From: Laetmonice hystrix
Lineage: Eukaryota
Direction of reading: 5' to 3'
NCBI GenBank assembly: GCA_965235115.1
Contig: OZ249436.1
Span: forward strand, 8,124,001-8,188,000
Length of the DNA: 64,000 nt
Below are positions 26,685 through 39,271 of this stretch, in pieces. The translations under genes and the position numbers were made by a program. The notes under the pieces are model-generated. The model saw nothing but the letters and a program-made list of their open reading frames with translations, had not been told where the DNA came from and ran no database searches. Positions within the stretch are counted from its first letter, which is position 1, and the number at the start of each line of letters is the position of its first letter.

Positions 26685-28011
26685 ACATCAATATGTAGGT
26701 ATGTAGTCCGGGGATAAGCCGTTACAAAGATAAGGCTGACAATGATAACCTTTTGTTTTGGTTGTCATAAAGACCTGCTCCTCTTGTCAACGATTAGTCA
26801 AGTACCGGTAGTCTGTGTCAAAGCTTTAGGATTAATGATAGGTGGTAGTTGACAATGAAGATTACAGAATATAGACGATTAACCTCATTGCACGGACATG
26901 AGATCATGTTGGTGTGTACACGGGACGCTAGGAGTAAGGAAATGCATGTTTGATCTGAGATAATTTTTGCATTTCGTTTCATTCCCTTCCCCCTTTCTTC
27001 ACTTATATCCTTAAGTATATATTACGTTGTTGTATTGATTTTGAATACGTGTGTACACGTATACTTTCACCCGTTCTGATTCTAACGCCTTCAGCTGTGC
27101 TGATATTGCTGATAGGAACAGATTTTTGAGTTTCTATTATAAATAGGCCGGGGGGAAATCGAAGTGATTGACAGCCGTTCAGTCCACATCCGTTTATGGT
27201 CTGGCGTTACGTTTCATTTCTATAATATAGAGGGGGGGGGGGCAGTAGTAGAGTGATTTTAATAACGACTTTTGGAGTTACTCGCTACCAAAATTTCAAA
27301 GTGGTTTGCCTTTAGGTGAAAGCTTTCTGCAGCTGTGGATTTGGAAGATTTCTGTTGTACAGAGAGAGGCGCCATTATCCGCAGTCCGACGTTTTCAGGT
27401 CTCTGACTGTGTTTTCCACCAGGTGGCGCGGTAGTTCTTGTCTGCACTCGTACATAATCTGGAAAAGTTCTAATAGTAACCGACAGATGGTGCTTTGCAA
27501 AATGTAGGTCGTCGGTATGGGTATGCGGCAGCACCGTCTTACACTGCTGTTCAGCAAGGACATTTGGTAAAAAATGTATCATTTGTAATAATCAACAGTT
27601 TATGGGTCATGGACGACTTTGAACCAGGAAATATTGACCATATGGTTTATGTAAGAAATGGGTAGAAAACCTTCAGTTCTGTCGTGAGACACCACGTGAG
27701 AATTGTTAAATACTTTCATGCTCTGTCGGGCTAATGCTCAACAGCAGTGCTAATAATATGCCTTGTGTGTCTAGACATAACCAGCTAGACTTTAGTGAAG
27801 CAACCATATCAGCGATTCTAAGCTAAAAAACCTGAGTTTATTTTCAACGATTCGCAGAATCATGAAATTGATCAGACGGCCTTGCCATATAAAACCTCTT
27901 GCACTTTAGAAATGTTTGAAAAGATGGTCAGATGATGTAAGCCTTGGGTGAGGGATTGCTGGTTGCTTGGCAAGTCAGTGTCAAGCTGGATAAATCCAAG
28001 AGAGGAATGAA

Positions 28012-28096
28012 AGTTGGTGCACTGTGACGTTGGTGCACTGTGACGTTGGTGCACTGTGACGTTGGTGCACTGTGACGTTGGTGCACTATGACGTTG
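28012..28096. repeat. 16-bp tandem repeat, ~5 copies
   Basis: gttggtgcactgtgac. Confidence 0.9.
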
Positions 28097-28816
28097 ATTT
28101 GATACAAATGTCATCTGTCGTAATGTTCGAACAGTGCACAGAGGTGTTCACATAATACTAGTCTGAATCCACACACCATTATTTTGGTCAACTCTATTCT
28201 TTAGATACAAATAGAATAACCTCTAATAAAGATTTTGAAGTAAAAGTCAGGTGCAGGTTAAAAGACTAATTAGTAATTCATTAATTACTTCCTGTCATGT
28301 GCCCTGTCAGGACGACAGTCTCCTCTCCTGCAGGGTTGAGCAATAGTAGTAGAAGTCTCCTACTGTTATTGAAAGTATGCCTTGATGTACTTGAGTTCTA
28401 CTTTTGTTACCGTTTTGTATTTTATTCTTTCTCCAGGCATGAGAGCGACTCTTTTAAAACTAATGGGACTGACATCATAGCAAATCTATACAAATATCAG
28501 AACTTGACAAAAATAAATCAACTCTATTTCAGTTTGTTGCCAGGTTATATATGAAATATGAATGGCTTCACTATCATCGTGTTACAAGTGTAAAAGAAAT
28601 ACCTCAGCTCTCATACGAGTCCCAAGATAGCTTCACCCATCATACTCCCTGCGCTGTTCACTTGACAAGGGTTCGTTCTCATGCCTGTTTGATTGAGGTC
28701 TAGGGTTATAATGTGTTAGAAAATGTCGCAGACAGCATGTGATAACATGTGCCTAGAGTTAGTAAGTAGTGATTTACAGTCAGAGTTTAATAGATTGATT
28801 TTGACTTGATTGTCAG

Positions 28817-28923
28817 GTGGTGAGCTCGACGAATGGTGACGTCACAGGAGACGACCCTACTGCAGGACACTCCAACACTCCCATCACTGCCCCAGCTGAG
28901 GTGGAGGTTGTCGACGAGACCAA
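28817..28923 (+). CDS. CSNK1G: CK1-gamma tail exon ([36 protein letters not shown])
   Basis: tgtcag/gtgcgt; CK1gamma C-terminal domain [25 protein letters not shown]; ends phase 2. Confidence 0.95.
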
Positions 28924-29633
28924 GTGCGTATACATTTCTATAGTTATCTTTTAACCAATGTGGAGTAGGACTACTAACCTTCAAACTATGTGTTTGAAAA
29001 TGGCTTGAAACAAAAGGTTGTGTGATTATTAAAGCAGAGGTAAAATTTGAACAAGTTCCAATTCCAGTTGTGTCGATTTCTTAGTGTAAACTGCACAGAC
29101 AAAATCGCCTATTGAAAAAGACGATCGTCCCCCCCCCCCCCAATGTTGACATTTTCATGCTGGGAGAATGAGTACCAACACATAGCTTGATCTAATGTCT
29201 ATCTGATTGTCGTGTACACGTTTGCTAATACTACGAAATCAGTCCTATGAACATAGGATCTTATGTGCAGCATATTTGCTAGCAGTCATGTGGTGATTTC
29301 TTCGGTAGGGGAATTGTTCTTCTGTTACATATTTTACCTCCGCTTTAACAAATATACTAAAGGATCAAGGTATAATGTATAGATATTGCCTGATATAGGT
29401 ATATAAATAAATTGATTTAAGGATAGTAGTGAAATAGGGAAGGCCAACAGAAATATCTATCCAGGCTGTTTAGTCACTGAACGGTATGCTCATTTTATAA
29501 AAATAAACCAAAACCTAATGAAAGTTTCTACACCACATGGGGACAGCCATTCGTAAACCGTCCTGACATTACGCCTGCTTGGCGGGTAGATTGGTACGGG
29601 TTAAATACATTTGAATTGCATATCACCATTATA

Positions 29634-30487
29634 TCGGGTGGATAAAAAAAAACGCCCCGAACTTTAAACTTTAATATTTCAATAACTTTGCATTATAATT
29701 CAATAAAATTTCTCGTAATATAACTTCATGATATTATCTCTTGTATGTTAAGGTTTCAGTTCAATAGCTTTAATATTAATCCCGTGGCGCTAAAAACAAA
29801 AATCAGTGTCTAAAAACACAATGCCGGAATTAGGTCAAATATCATGCAGCTGCCAGGTGTCCAATTTGACACCTGTTTGATGCACCGCATTGTATCTTGG
29901 CTAAAAAAGTTTTCAATATTTAGTTTTTGCATGTTTTACAATATGTATAATGTTGTGAACCACTAGATATAATAAATTATGTGCTATTCCTAGTACTTCT
30001 AGAGAAAAACAGATGTTTAATGTGCCAAACCCTACAAAGAAACTGCAACATTAGGACGATATGACTGTAACCAGAAGTTTAAGGGAAATCGTATCATTAT
30101 CACGTTTAGCAACACGTTCAGAACGCTGCTTATTTCCCAATAATGGGAAGACAATTCCCTATCAGAGATCAGGAAGTGCATTGGCACATGAAAAAAGAGA
30201 CTGAGAGCAGTTTGAAGTGAAAACGGGGGACCGATTGACCACCTACTCAGTGTGAAGCCAGGGACTCTGGGTGCGACTACCACTCGCTTTAGCCCGGCAT
30301 TGCACTTTTGTACAATGATTTTTGTTTTCAGCGCTACGGAAATATTATCCAAGCTATTGAGTTGTAACATTAACAACTAAGAGACGACATCATGAAGTGA
30401 TAGTAGGAAAAATTTCATTGAATTACAATCAATACTTTTTGAAATATTGAAGTTTAAAGTTCGGGGCGTTTTTTTTTATCCACCCGA
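29634..30487 (+). mobile_element. Tc1/mariner deletion derivative with ~185-bp imperfect TIRs and TA TSD
   Basis: ta-tcgggtggataaaaaaaaacgccccgaactttaaact.. and its inverse; decayed transposase C-terminus WEDNSLSEIRKCIGT*KKRLRAV*SENGGPIDHLL at ~30144-30248. Confidence 0.85.
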
Positions 30488-31304
30488 TATTTGTGCATTA
30501 TATTCAAATGCTAAATATCCTGTAATGTTTTTCCTTAAACTGTTTTTTTCCCCCTAAAAAATCTTTTTTGATAAGTGATTATACGGTAGTTAGGCGAACT
30601 GATTTGGAGTTCATTTCAGATTGAGTACTCTGCAGTGTTATTTTTGATTAATATTTATGTTAATATTGTTGTTAAATCATGATTTTGTCATGATAACTTT
30701 ATAGCACATGAACCCGAATTTCTGTTTTGATTGCTATGATAAACGCATGTTACTACCAGTAGAATTTGTTTAGAAATTTCAGGGAATGTTACTTAAAACT
30801 TGGCTACAGCAGGTGTAGTGTATTACTGCGAGCGTCTGGCTGCTCCCATGTGGTTAAATAAACAAGGTATCCGCTACAGCGTTTGGTCTGGTGTTCACGA
30901 GGCAGCCTTGGTTTTTATTTGGAGATGCAAACCTTTCTTTTAATAGAAGAGAGTTGAGAAAACGTTGGAATAAGAACTAAATCAGGAAAGTCAAAAGCTG
31001 GTGGGCTAGTTGGGGTATTAAGGATTCAGTAGATTGAGTACTAGTTGTTAGTCAGTCATTTTCAATTGCCAGTTCTATATAGAAATGGAAATAATTCGAC
31101 CTGTTTAAATTGAAGCTGTTATTTTGTGTGGACAAAGATTGTGTTGGTTGGGGTTGATTTGTGTATTTCGACGTCCTTGCCTATGTCTGGGTGATGCTGA
31201 CTGATACATTGTATATATGATACATACAGGTGGCATGCTGGTGCTGCTACATGCTGTCTGCTGCCTTTCCTACCTTGACACTCAAACCCACATCTTTCTT
31301 TTAG

Positions 31305-31353
31305 GTGCTGTTTCTTCCGGCGCCGCAAGAAAAAGAAGACCCGACAGACGTAA
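31305..31353 (+). CDS. CSNK1G: CK1-gamma proximal last coding exon (K-CCFFRRRKKKKTRQT*)
   Basis: ctttcttttag acceptor; phase 2 completes AAG; Cys pair plus polybasic tail; TAA at 31351-31353. Confidence 0.88.
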
Positions 31354-32662
31354 CCTGGTGCTGAATGCTAGGCTTAGTGCTGTGTGTCATTGTGAAGCTC
31401 TACTGGGCACTGTATGATGATGATGATTATGATGAGTTAACATGTAAAAAAAGATGAAGAGACACTGACAGGGGGGGGGGGGCAAGCCTGAACTGATGTA
31501 ACCAATGTCGTTTGGCATTCGCCCTGTTAAAATGTGGAAGTTGGGATCGTTTCATAGTGGGTTCCTGTCCATCATCACTCACAATCCACTGGTGCCAGAC
31601 CATCATGGAAGCAGGGACGGTCAGCTTCTCCCTTTTTTCTCTTTTATTCGAGGACAAACGAATAATGAAGTTTGCTAGCCGTACTCTGACTTGTGTGCTA
31701 GTAACCTAAAGGTGGGCATTGTGTGATCGGGGGGAATCTCTTTGTAAAAGAAAAAATTGGCTATTTGGCCTCTTGTGTGAGGCCGGTCTGTGCGGTTGGT
31801 TTCTGTGACGTTCACCAAGGGGTTTGGGTAGGACCGGATGTGGTCCACGCACAGATACGTACTCCACAGGGCTATTTCTGGTAGGTCACCCTCCTTACCA
31901 GGTTAATAATAGAAGGAAAACTGTCCCTCAGTTATTCAGCTTGCTCATTATAGAATATTGTGATTAATGCTAGAGGGAACAATGTATAACTGAACAAATT
32001 GTAAATTATTATTCATGCATATTAAATGGGTGTCTGTGTAGTCGCTACCACGGTGGTACCAAACTTTGTCATGGGACCATTTGAAATGAAGACGTAACCG
32101 TACTAGGTTTTAATGTATGGCGAGTATAGTGAAATCATGGTAGTTTGGTGGGGAGGGTCCGTAACCGACTGATGTAGTTTGCTGTCGGTCTGACACCGCC
32201 ACCCAACTTCCATGTTACGACAACATTGAGCAGATTACGCTGGTCGGCTCCGGTGACGCGCCATATTGCGAACGGTCCGGGGTGTCGGCCGCCTGGCGGG
32301 GAGGTAGCCGGTGGGGGTTCTCTTAGGCGCTCCCAGGTGGCGCCACACTTGACGAGTTAGCGGGATTGTAGTAGCTGATGGCAGCCGACTGCTTGGCACG
32401 GGGCTCTTTGTATGACATAGCGCAAAGTGAGCTTGATTAAGACAGACCAGCATCATGACCAATCAGCTTCTACTACTCTACCGCTCTACTACTACTACTA
32501 TCTACTACTACTACTCCATATCTCTAACTAGCCACAGGCGCTGCCAGTTGGCGAGCTGGTGCGGCAGGCAGCCTCCACGTTCCCGGCTCTGACCACTCTG
32601 ATCCGTGTTGACAGTCGGGTGTGGGACAAGATCTGATCGGTGCATACCCTCGTGCTTTGTAG

Positions 32663-32717
32663 GTGTTGCTGCTTCTATAGGCCGAAGAAAAAGAAAAAGG
32701 CGAAGCGGCAGAAATGA
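32663..32717 (+). CDS. CSNK1G: CK1-gamma distal alternative last coding exon (K-CCCFYRPKKKKKAKRQK*)
   Basis: tgctttgtag acceptor; phase 2; TKCCCF resembles human TKCCCFFKR; TGA at 32715-32717. Confidence 0.88.
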
Positions 32718-35700
32718 TATGAGGTGCATGACCAGGATCACGATACAGTTCCTTTGAGGTCGCGTTGGGACTCTAAGCAGACTCTACCGTCTAGCGGGCG
32801 GACGAGCCGCGCCAGTCGCAGCTGACGGCCTGACACCTAGCGGCAAACCACAAAACTACCGCAAAGTCTCCTCCTCCTCACACAGCAGAACGGGCCCAGT
32901 TGACGGCGGATGAAGGTGCCTGTTAGCTCTTCTGAGTTCCGCTTTTATTCCCCCAATCTGTTGCTCCAGTCACGTATTTAGTATTAAAACGCCATAAAAT
33001 GACCATTGATAATGTACTGCAAAATTAATGTAGACTCTGCTACCTTTTTGGCAGAGTTAGTGAGGGACACTTAGCATGTATGTCACACCGTGGTTTATGT
33101 AGCGCAACACCAGTGTTTCAGAAAGTTTGTAAATTTAGTCAAATGAGCTAAATGTAACTTTTTGATCGAAGTCATTGACTGTGAATGGATCGAATTTCAG
33201 TGAGTCATTCGCACTGTCACCTGATGTAGTCGTTTTTTATAGTGTGTTAATTAATATCGAAAAATCATTTTTTAACTTTGAATCTGTGAGCATGGTGCCT
33301 GTAATAGATAATGTGAAGTTGTCTTTATCTTCATAACTCGTTTGTTCACTGCCACGGGGTGCATCAATATGAGAATCATGATTTCATAGATCACGGCAAA
33401 ATTATTGAAATAACAACGTGTGTGTACATAAGTTATAATTTAGGAACTTGTGCATTGGTAGAGGTACAGTCTTAATTATTGTCAGTTATTTATTTCCAGA
33501 AAGTTCGTTTCTTTTGGCTTTATAGCAGCGGAAATATGTACTGGTAATAAACAATCAACGGTTAAGATAAAATCACGTTTAGCGCTGTATAGAAATCATT
33601 GGCACACATTGGCATCTATTGACTGTTGACATGCCTTCATTGGTCAAGGGAAGAATGCTGTTGCATATTAAGATATATCGGTAGAGACCCAAAGTGGAGC
33701 GTTTAGGGAAAAACAAAAGGAGAACGATTTGTGAGAAGGTGTGAGGAGATTCATTAGGAGCACACTTGTGGTAGGATCTGTATCGTGACACCTGGTCATG
33801 TAAGAGTTATCCCAGTCTTCAACCGTCTACGCACACCCACTAACCTCGCCCAGACAAGAAACTATTCAGACGGTAGCTCTGGTAGCCTGAGGAGGTATGG
33901 TCTAGGTTAGCTAGGAGGTGTGGCGGAGACCCGTCGCACCCTTCAAGTCCACAGCACGTGTGCGACACGTCAGCAGCGCAGATGGGACTCCCATTTTTTT
34001 CTGATCTGTATATATGTCAAAAGAGGCCGCGATCTGCCTCGCCAAGTCATTTTTTATTATTGGGCAGACAAGGCCACATCCATCCTCAACTTTAGAGAAA
34101 ACTTCCATGCCTGTGGAAAAGAGTTCATAACAATCAACTTCACTACCCGTTGTCCGGGGGCAGTGGACAAGGCGGCACCTAACACAGACGGGCTGGAGGA
34201 GAGAGAGAGAAAGGGTGCGAGGGCACGTGGCTATGTTGTTGTCAGGACACGGTTTGACCAGTGCTGGAAGCTGCAGTTTAGTGACTGGTTCACATATACG
34301 AGGAAATCCCTCCCATGAGCCCGCCCGCCCGGCCTTGGGCTCTGTGCTACAGCCCAACCCCCCCCCCCCCCCCCCAATATACATGTCTGTCTGTGTTTGC
34401 CATGTCTGCTGCCCGGTGTGGTGCCCTGAGCCCGGTGCGGTGCCCTGAGCCCGGTGCGGTGCCCTCAGCCCGGTGTGGTGCCCACTTCGCGCGACCTGTG
34501 GGTAACGCATGCTGGTTGTTCTATATTAAAACAAAAAGATCTGTAAAGCAGAACGCCAGCAGCGTGGGGCACCAGTATTCGACTACAGCTTCAAGATGGT
34601 CAGTGAAACTTCGCCATGGTTAGCATAATTTTATGTCCATTGGGATTAGTTAAGTAATTCCTTCCAGACTAGTATGGTAAAGAAACCTTTTAACTGTGGT
34701 GAGCCTTCTATGCGACTCCCTCAAGAAAGCCACACAGCATAGGGTTGCGGGACGAAGAAAAAAAAGGATTTTGTCTTTTGTTTGGAAGATTTATTGAAGA
34801 AGAAATTGTGAACGCCTGTATTAGTATGAGAAACCTGAACCTGGTCATTGAAGGATGAAAATGGCCCCGAGTGAGTGGAGCACCTGATGCTCCTGCCCTT
34901 AATTATGCGCCGGCTGAATGTCTCCTACTGCCTGCTGCCGCAAACTGTAAATGCTGTAGTTATATGGGAAGGTCATGTCAATGTCATGAACGTTTTAATT
35001 TTGAACCGGCCTCGCTTTTTCTTTCTAATGATCAACATTCCACATTGAAATATGTCCGTCAGTTGTCTATGTCGCTAACATGAATAGAAATAACTGCCGT
35101 GACAGTACTGCCAATTGATGTGCAGCAAACTCGGTCTGGTACGGTACTCTACCTGAGAATAGCAGATGTTAAACGGCAGACAATTGGCAATATGCAAGGC
35201 AGTGATGGCATTATAGAGGCTGGTGCGAGAGTGTGGTCCTTTTGAGACATGACGCAAAGATGAGCTAGAGGCTGCGTTATGCAAACAAGGCCGCGCGTAC
35301 AAGTTTCTGAGCATGAGTGTAGGCAATGCAGCAGGCAGGTAGGGGAACGGACTAAGCCGCCAGTCTAGTGATCTGTCTGTTGTCACCAGCGAGGTGTGCT
35401 CCAAAACTAGGGGATGGAATATTCTAGAACTTTGTATATAGAAACTGAGGATAAAATGTTGCAGGGTTGCACCCAGATTTACAACACTTTACTATTGTTT
35501 TACATTTTGTACATGTGCAAGTATATATAGCGTATGACCACACTATGAGTTCTGATGAACAGCTCCTGTTTCTTTTAGTCTTGTACATATCAAAGGAGAT
35601 GCTCTTGTATGTGATTGGCAACTCTACTAGGCGCCACCCGTAACCATGGTAACTAGAAAACTAGGCTTGAAAAAAACCGAAACAAAAAGCAAGGGAGACA

Positions 35701-37250
35701 CCTTGCAGAGGGGCCACCACAACAGGTGGATTGAGTAGAGTATGTGGCAGTCGTAACAGGTCCTCACAGCGAGGGCAACACCTTTGTACTAGACATTATT
35801 TTTAATAAGCGAACATGTCTGGAGCAGAGTACTAAAACTGTGTATGTTCCTACTACTTCTATGTACCGGTACTTTCATGGATATCCTACGAAGCAGATCC
35901 TGATACTGGCTTAAATCAGCTTGCAACCGAGTCAAAAACTACATTTTGTGCATAGCTGCTTTCAAGTCCCCAAAACCCACCTCATGAATCTGAGCAAACA
36001 AGATGTTAATTAGTTAATATAACCCCGTGAAACCCACCCGGCAGTGACAGATTGGTTTGGTGTATATTAATATAAAGGTCACCACGTGTAGTACAACACA
36101 TGCCTGATCTCCACCCTGATCAGATCTCAAAGTTTGGCAAGGTTCACATGAAGTCGACCCAGAATTTTTAATACCAATTTATTGTAACCACTGACGATTG
36201 TTGGTGTTCATCAGAGGTTAAAATCCTAGGGGGCAGGGTGTACTGTGGCTGGGAGGGTAGTGGGGAAATCAAAAACGGAACCTCTGGGCTATCTTTTCTT
36301 AGACGATTGTGTTCCAGCAGAGTTGTTGCCAGGCCCGCCAACTGAGTTTTTTTTTAATTAGATTTTTTTCACAAACGTTCCCTGTAAATACTAGAATTCC
36401 GCATACTGTTCTAGATTGTAACAAATATTTACATCTCTGTGGCTTTTTTTCTTTTGTACAACCAGAAGGACCTAGCTGTACCTAGAGATAGCTAAATAAA
36501 GATGCAATCTGTGTTTGGTACAGTGTGGTTTCATACGGAACGAATTCAGCACTCAGTGCGTGTGGACAGTGATATCTCCACGACATGCGATCCATGTAAC
36601 CCCAACGCCACCCAGGCCCCTGCCATAGTAACCTTGGATGGTACCCGTAAAACAAGGTCTGGCACGAGTCTGGTTTCAGTAAGCAGAATCGGGCCACGAG
36701 TAAAGATGAAAGTGCTGGCACTGACCATGGAACACCAATTTCCAATACTATTTTGGGACCCCAAATTCCCCGACAGCCAAAAGTTGTTTTTAAGAAAAAG
36801 AAGAAGATTTTTTTGGGCGGCATCTGAAAAGAATGATACTATCGGCACGCATTTAACCCGTTATCTGTCTCGGCCCCTTAAGACGGGTATAGGTAAACTG
36901 GTTGTGCTTGGTGAAATTAAAGACGTCTTTAACCACCACATCCTCATTAGTGATGTAACTAAACTTTGTATCGTTGTAGGCCGTTTTTATAACTCTATCC
37001 CGATTGGGACCGTAGCAAGGTTCATTTACACTGAATCTGTATTTTCGATTTAAATGAGACCTGCACAACTCGTTAGTATGCCACTAAACGGGGAATGAGC
37101 TCGGAATAATCACATTTTGGTTTGGTCCACTTGTACAGTTTTTGAATTTTTTTGTGCTGGACTATAGGTACTCGGCAGTAAGATGACATCGGTTTGGTTC
37201 AGAGTTAGAGCTGCTGTGGTCTTTTTCAATAAACTTCAGATATGAAACGG
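32718..37250 (+). other. Probable long 3' UTR of CK1-gamma, candidate poly(A) signal AATAAA at 37228-37233
   Basis: No convincing exons or large repeats for ~4.5 kb; U-rich/UGUA-rich; other AATAAA hexamers also occur earlier. Confidence 0.35.
34410..34483. repeat. 19-bp GC-rich tandem repeat, ~4 copies
   Basis: gcccggtg(t/c)ggtgccctga. Confidence 0.85.
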
Positions 37251-37389
37251 TACGTCTTCAATGTTACGTCTTTATAATAGCTTTACCATCCCCAAATGAA
37301 GGCAGAGCAACCAACAAAGACATATTTAGGTAATAATGAAAGTCAACAGTCTTATGTTTGTATTTGTATGCTGCAGAATACTTCAATAA

Positions 37390-37535
37390 ATGGAGAAAGA
37401 ACATAACTTGTTTCGCTCTGTCGTTATTGGTTCCCCGACATTTGACTCCCGGGGACAAATCAATAATGGAGAAAGAACATAACTTGTTTCGCTCTGTCGT
37501 TATTGGTTCCCCGACATTTGACTCCCGGGGACAAA
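37390..37535. repeat. Direct tandem duplication of ~75 bp
   Basis: atggagaaagaacataacttgtttcgctctgtcg...cccggggacaaa occurs twice. Confidence 0.85.
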
Positions 37536-37855
37536 ATGATCCCGCGACAAAATCCGTTGTAGTATACGATTTATAGCTTTGCCATGGTTATTTTCTTGTA
37601 TAGGCCTTTTTTTAAAAATGTTTTCAGTGTTATTGTAAATAAACTTGCTCGTACTCGTACTACTCCTCATCCTAAATTTGTAATTTTTGTTGAAAGTTTA
37701 CCTGGGCATCCTAATATAAGTATTGATATACTCCATATGCCCTTTTCAGATCCACAAACTATGTGCTCATTACTTTGCTGAAATGAAAAATATATAAAAT
37801 ATTTAAAAAAAAGCAAGCATAGATCCCTCGCCTGATCGTGATCCTACCTGATCCT

Positions 37856-37976
37856 ACCTCTCTGTAAACAAACCGAGAGCGCATGCGCGTCTCGCATGCC
37901 ATCTCTTTGTAAACAAACCGAGAGCGCATGCTCGTCTCGTATGCCACCTCTTTGTAAACAAACCCAGGGCGCATGT
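37856..37976. repeat. ~44-bp unit x3 containing TGTAAACA and GCGCATG motifs
   Basis: tgtaaacaaaccgagagcgcatg repeated. Confidence 0.75.
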
Positions 37977-39271
37977 GTGAATGTGCATGCGTATCACACG
38001 AGATGAGAACAAGAAACGACATGGCCAAGAGGGCATGAACCTTCTATTGTGAGTCTCATGGAGCGTGTTCAGAAATACGGAAAGTGACGACAATCTTGCC
38101 TCCTTTGTTTATCAATCAATTTCTATAAAACACCGCATCACCAAAACAGAAAAAGAAGTTCTTTTTGTTACTTTCTTCCGAGATGCCTCTTTAAATTTTG
38201 ATCTCGTGTAAGAATTGAGATATCAACATGAATAGGCTATTTCACCAGATAATTGAGAACATCGAGGTGATTACCCCTGTAACCTCTCAGAAGCTTGTCT
38301 CATGTAGTTGTGACATATAGGGGTTTTAAGATATTGAAGGTCACAAGGTGTTTTAATTATGCCTTGAAGCGCCTGCCGCACTCATTAGAACAACGATCCC
38401 GTCCGGTGTCACGTGATTAGGCCCACACTTGTTCGAAGTGGCCCTCAACCTCTGAGGGCACGTCTAAATAACAGTCATTTCGCATGTCGACTTTCCTCAA
38501 ACGGCCTCAAGCTGTTGAGGTAGGCCTTGTATGGTAGTTGGTTTGGTTGGCACACCCACATCAAATATCTCATTAACACAAGCGTCACCCCGCCTTGGCA
38601 GGAAGTGCACACAGCTATCTTAGGATCAGTCGATGATATAGATAGCTTCGTACCGACTGCAGTTGAATATCAGCGATTTGCGTCTCTTTAATTTGATTGA
38701 TTTGAACTGCCGCTAATTCGAGTCCTGAGTAGGAGACCCTTATCTATCCTCCAAAATGTAGAGTGTGTGATTGAGTCTACTCTAACATTACAGACCGACC
38801 TATAAAGGCCTACAGAAAACCACGGGATTTGACAAAGTTACCTGAAAATCACCACATAAGGAACGATACTCTCACCCCCAGGTTACTAGAAAGTGTTCAG
38901 TTGAGCGGAAGGTAGATCTATCCCTGTTTGGGGGTTGTACGATTAGCAAATGAACCGAATTTCACGATCTTAGAGTCATTTTGTGGTCTTTCGATGATTT
39001 ATTTATTTATTTAGTTCATTTATTACAAGCTACAGGAAGTGACTATCACCGACTTCCGGTTACAATCGACGTCGTAGTCAATCATTCTCATGGCCAGGGG
39101 TGGATGCAGTCTTTCAGGAAGTTTTTCTGTCTTCTCAAAAAATTGTTATTCCAAGTTAGTTTTCCTCTATTTGCCCTAAACGAAAGCGAAATGGTCGATA
39201 TCTAAAAGTGAACCCCGAAAAATCTATCGTGATTTCCGTGGAAACAGCCAATTACGCTGCATGTCCCTTAT

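Noticed and set aside
26071..26691. 206-aa repetitive ORF on minus strand
   Set aside because: Product of a 75-bp (multiple of 3) minisatellite, antisense within an intron
31230..31278. Third acceptor giving KWHAGAATCCLLPFLP*
   Set aside because: No pyrimidine tract before the cag and it overlaps the branch region of the 31305 exon; likely coincidence
33911..34623. Overlapping 100-200-aa ORFs
   Set aside because: No recognisable domain, non-ATG or low-complexity content, inside the probable 3' UTR
36502..37053. 183-aa ORF
   Set aside because: No motif or splice structure; UTR-like composition
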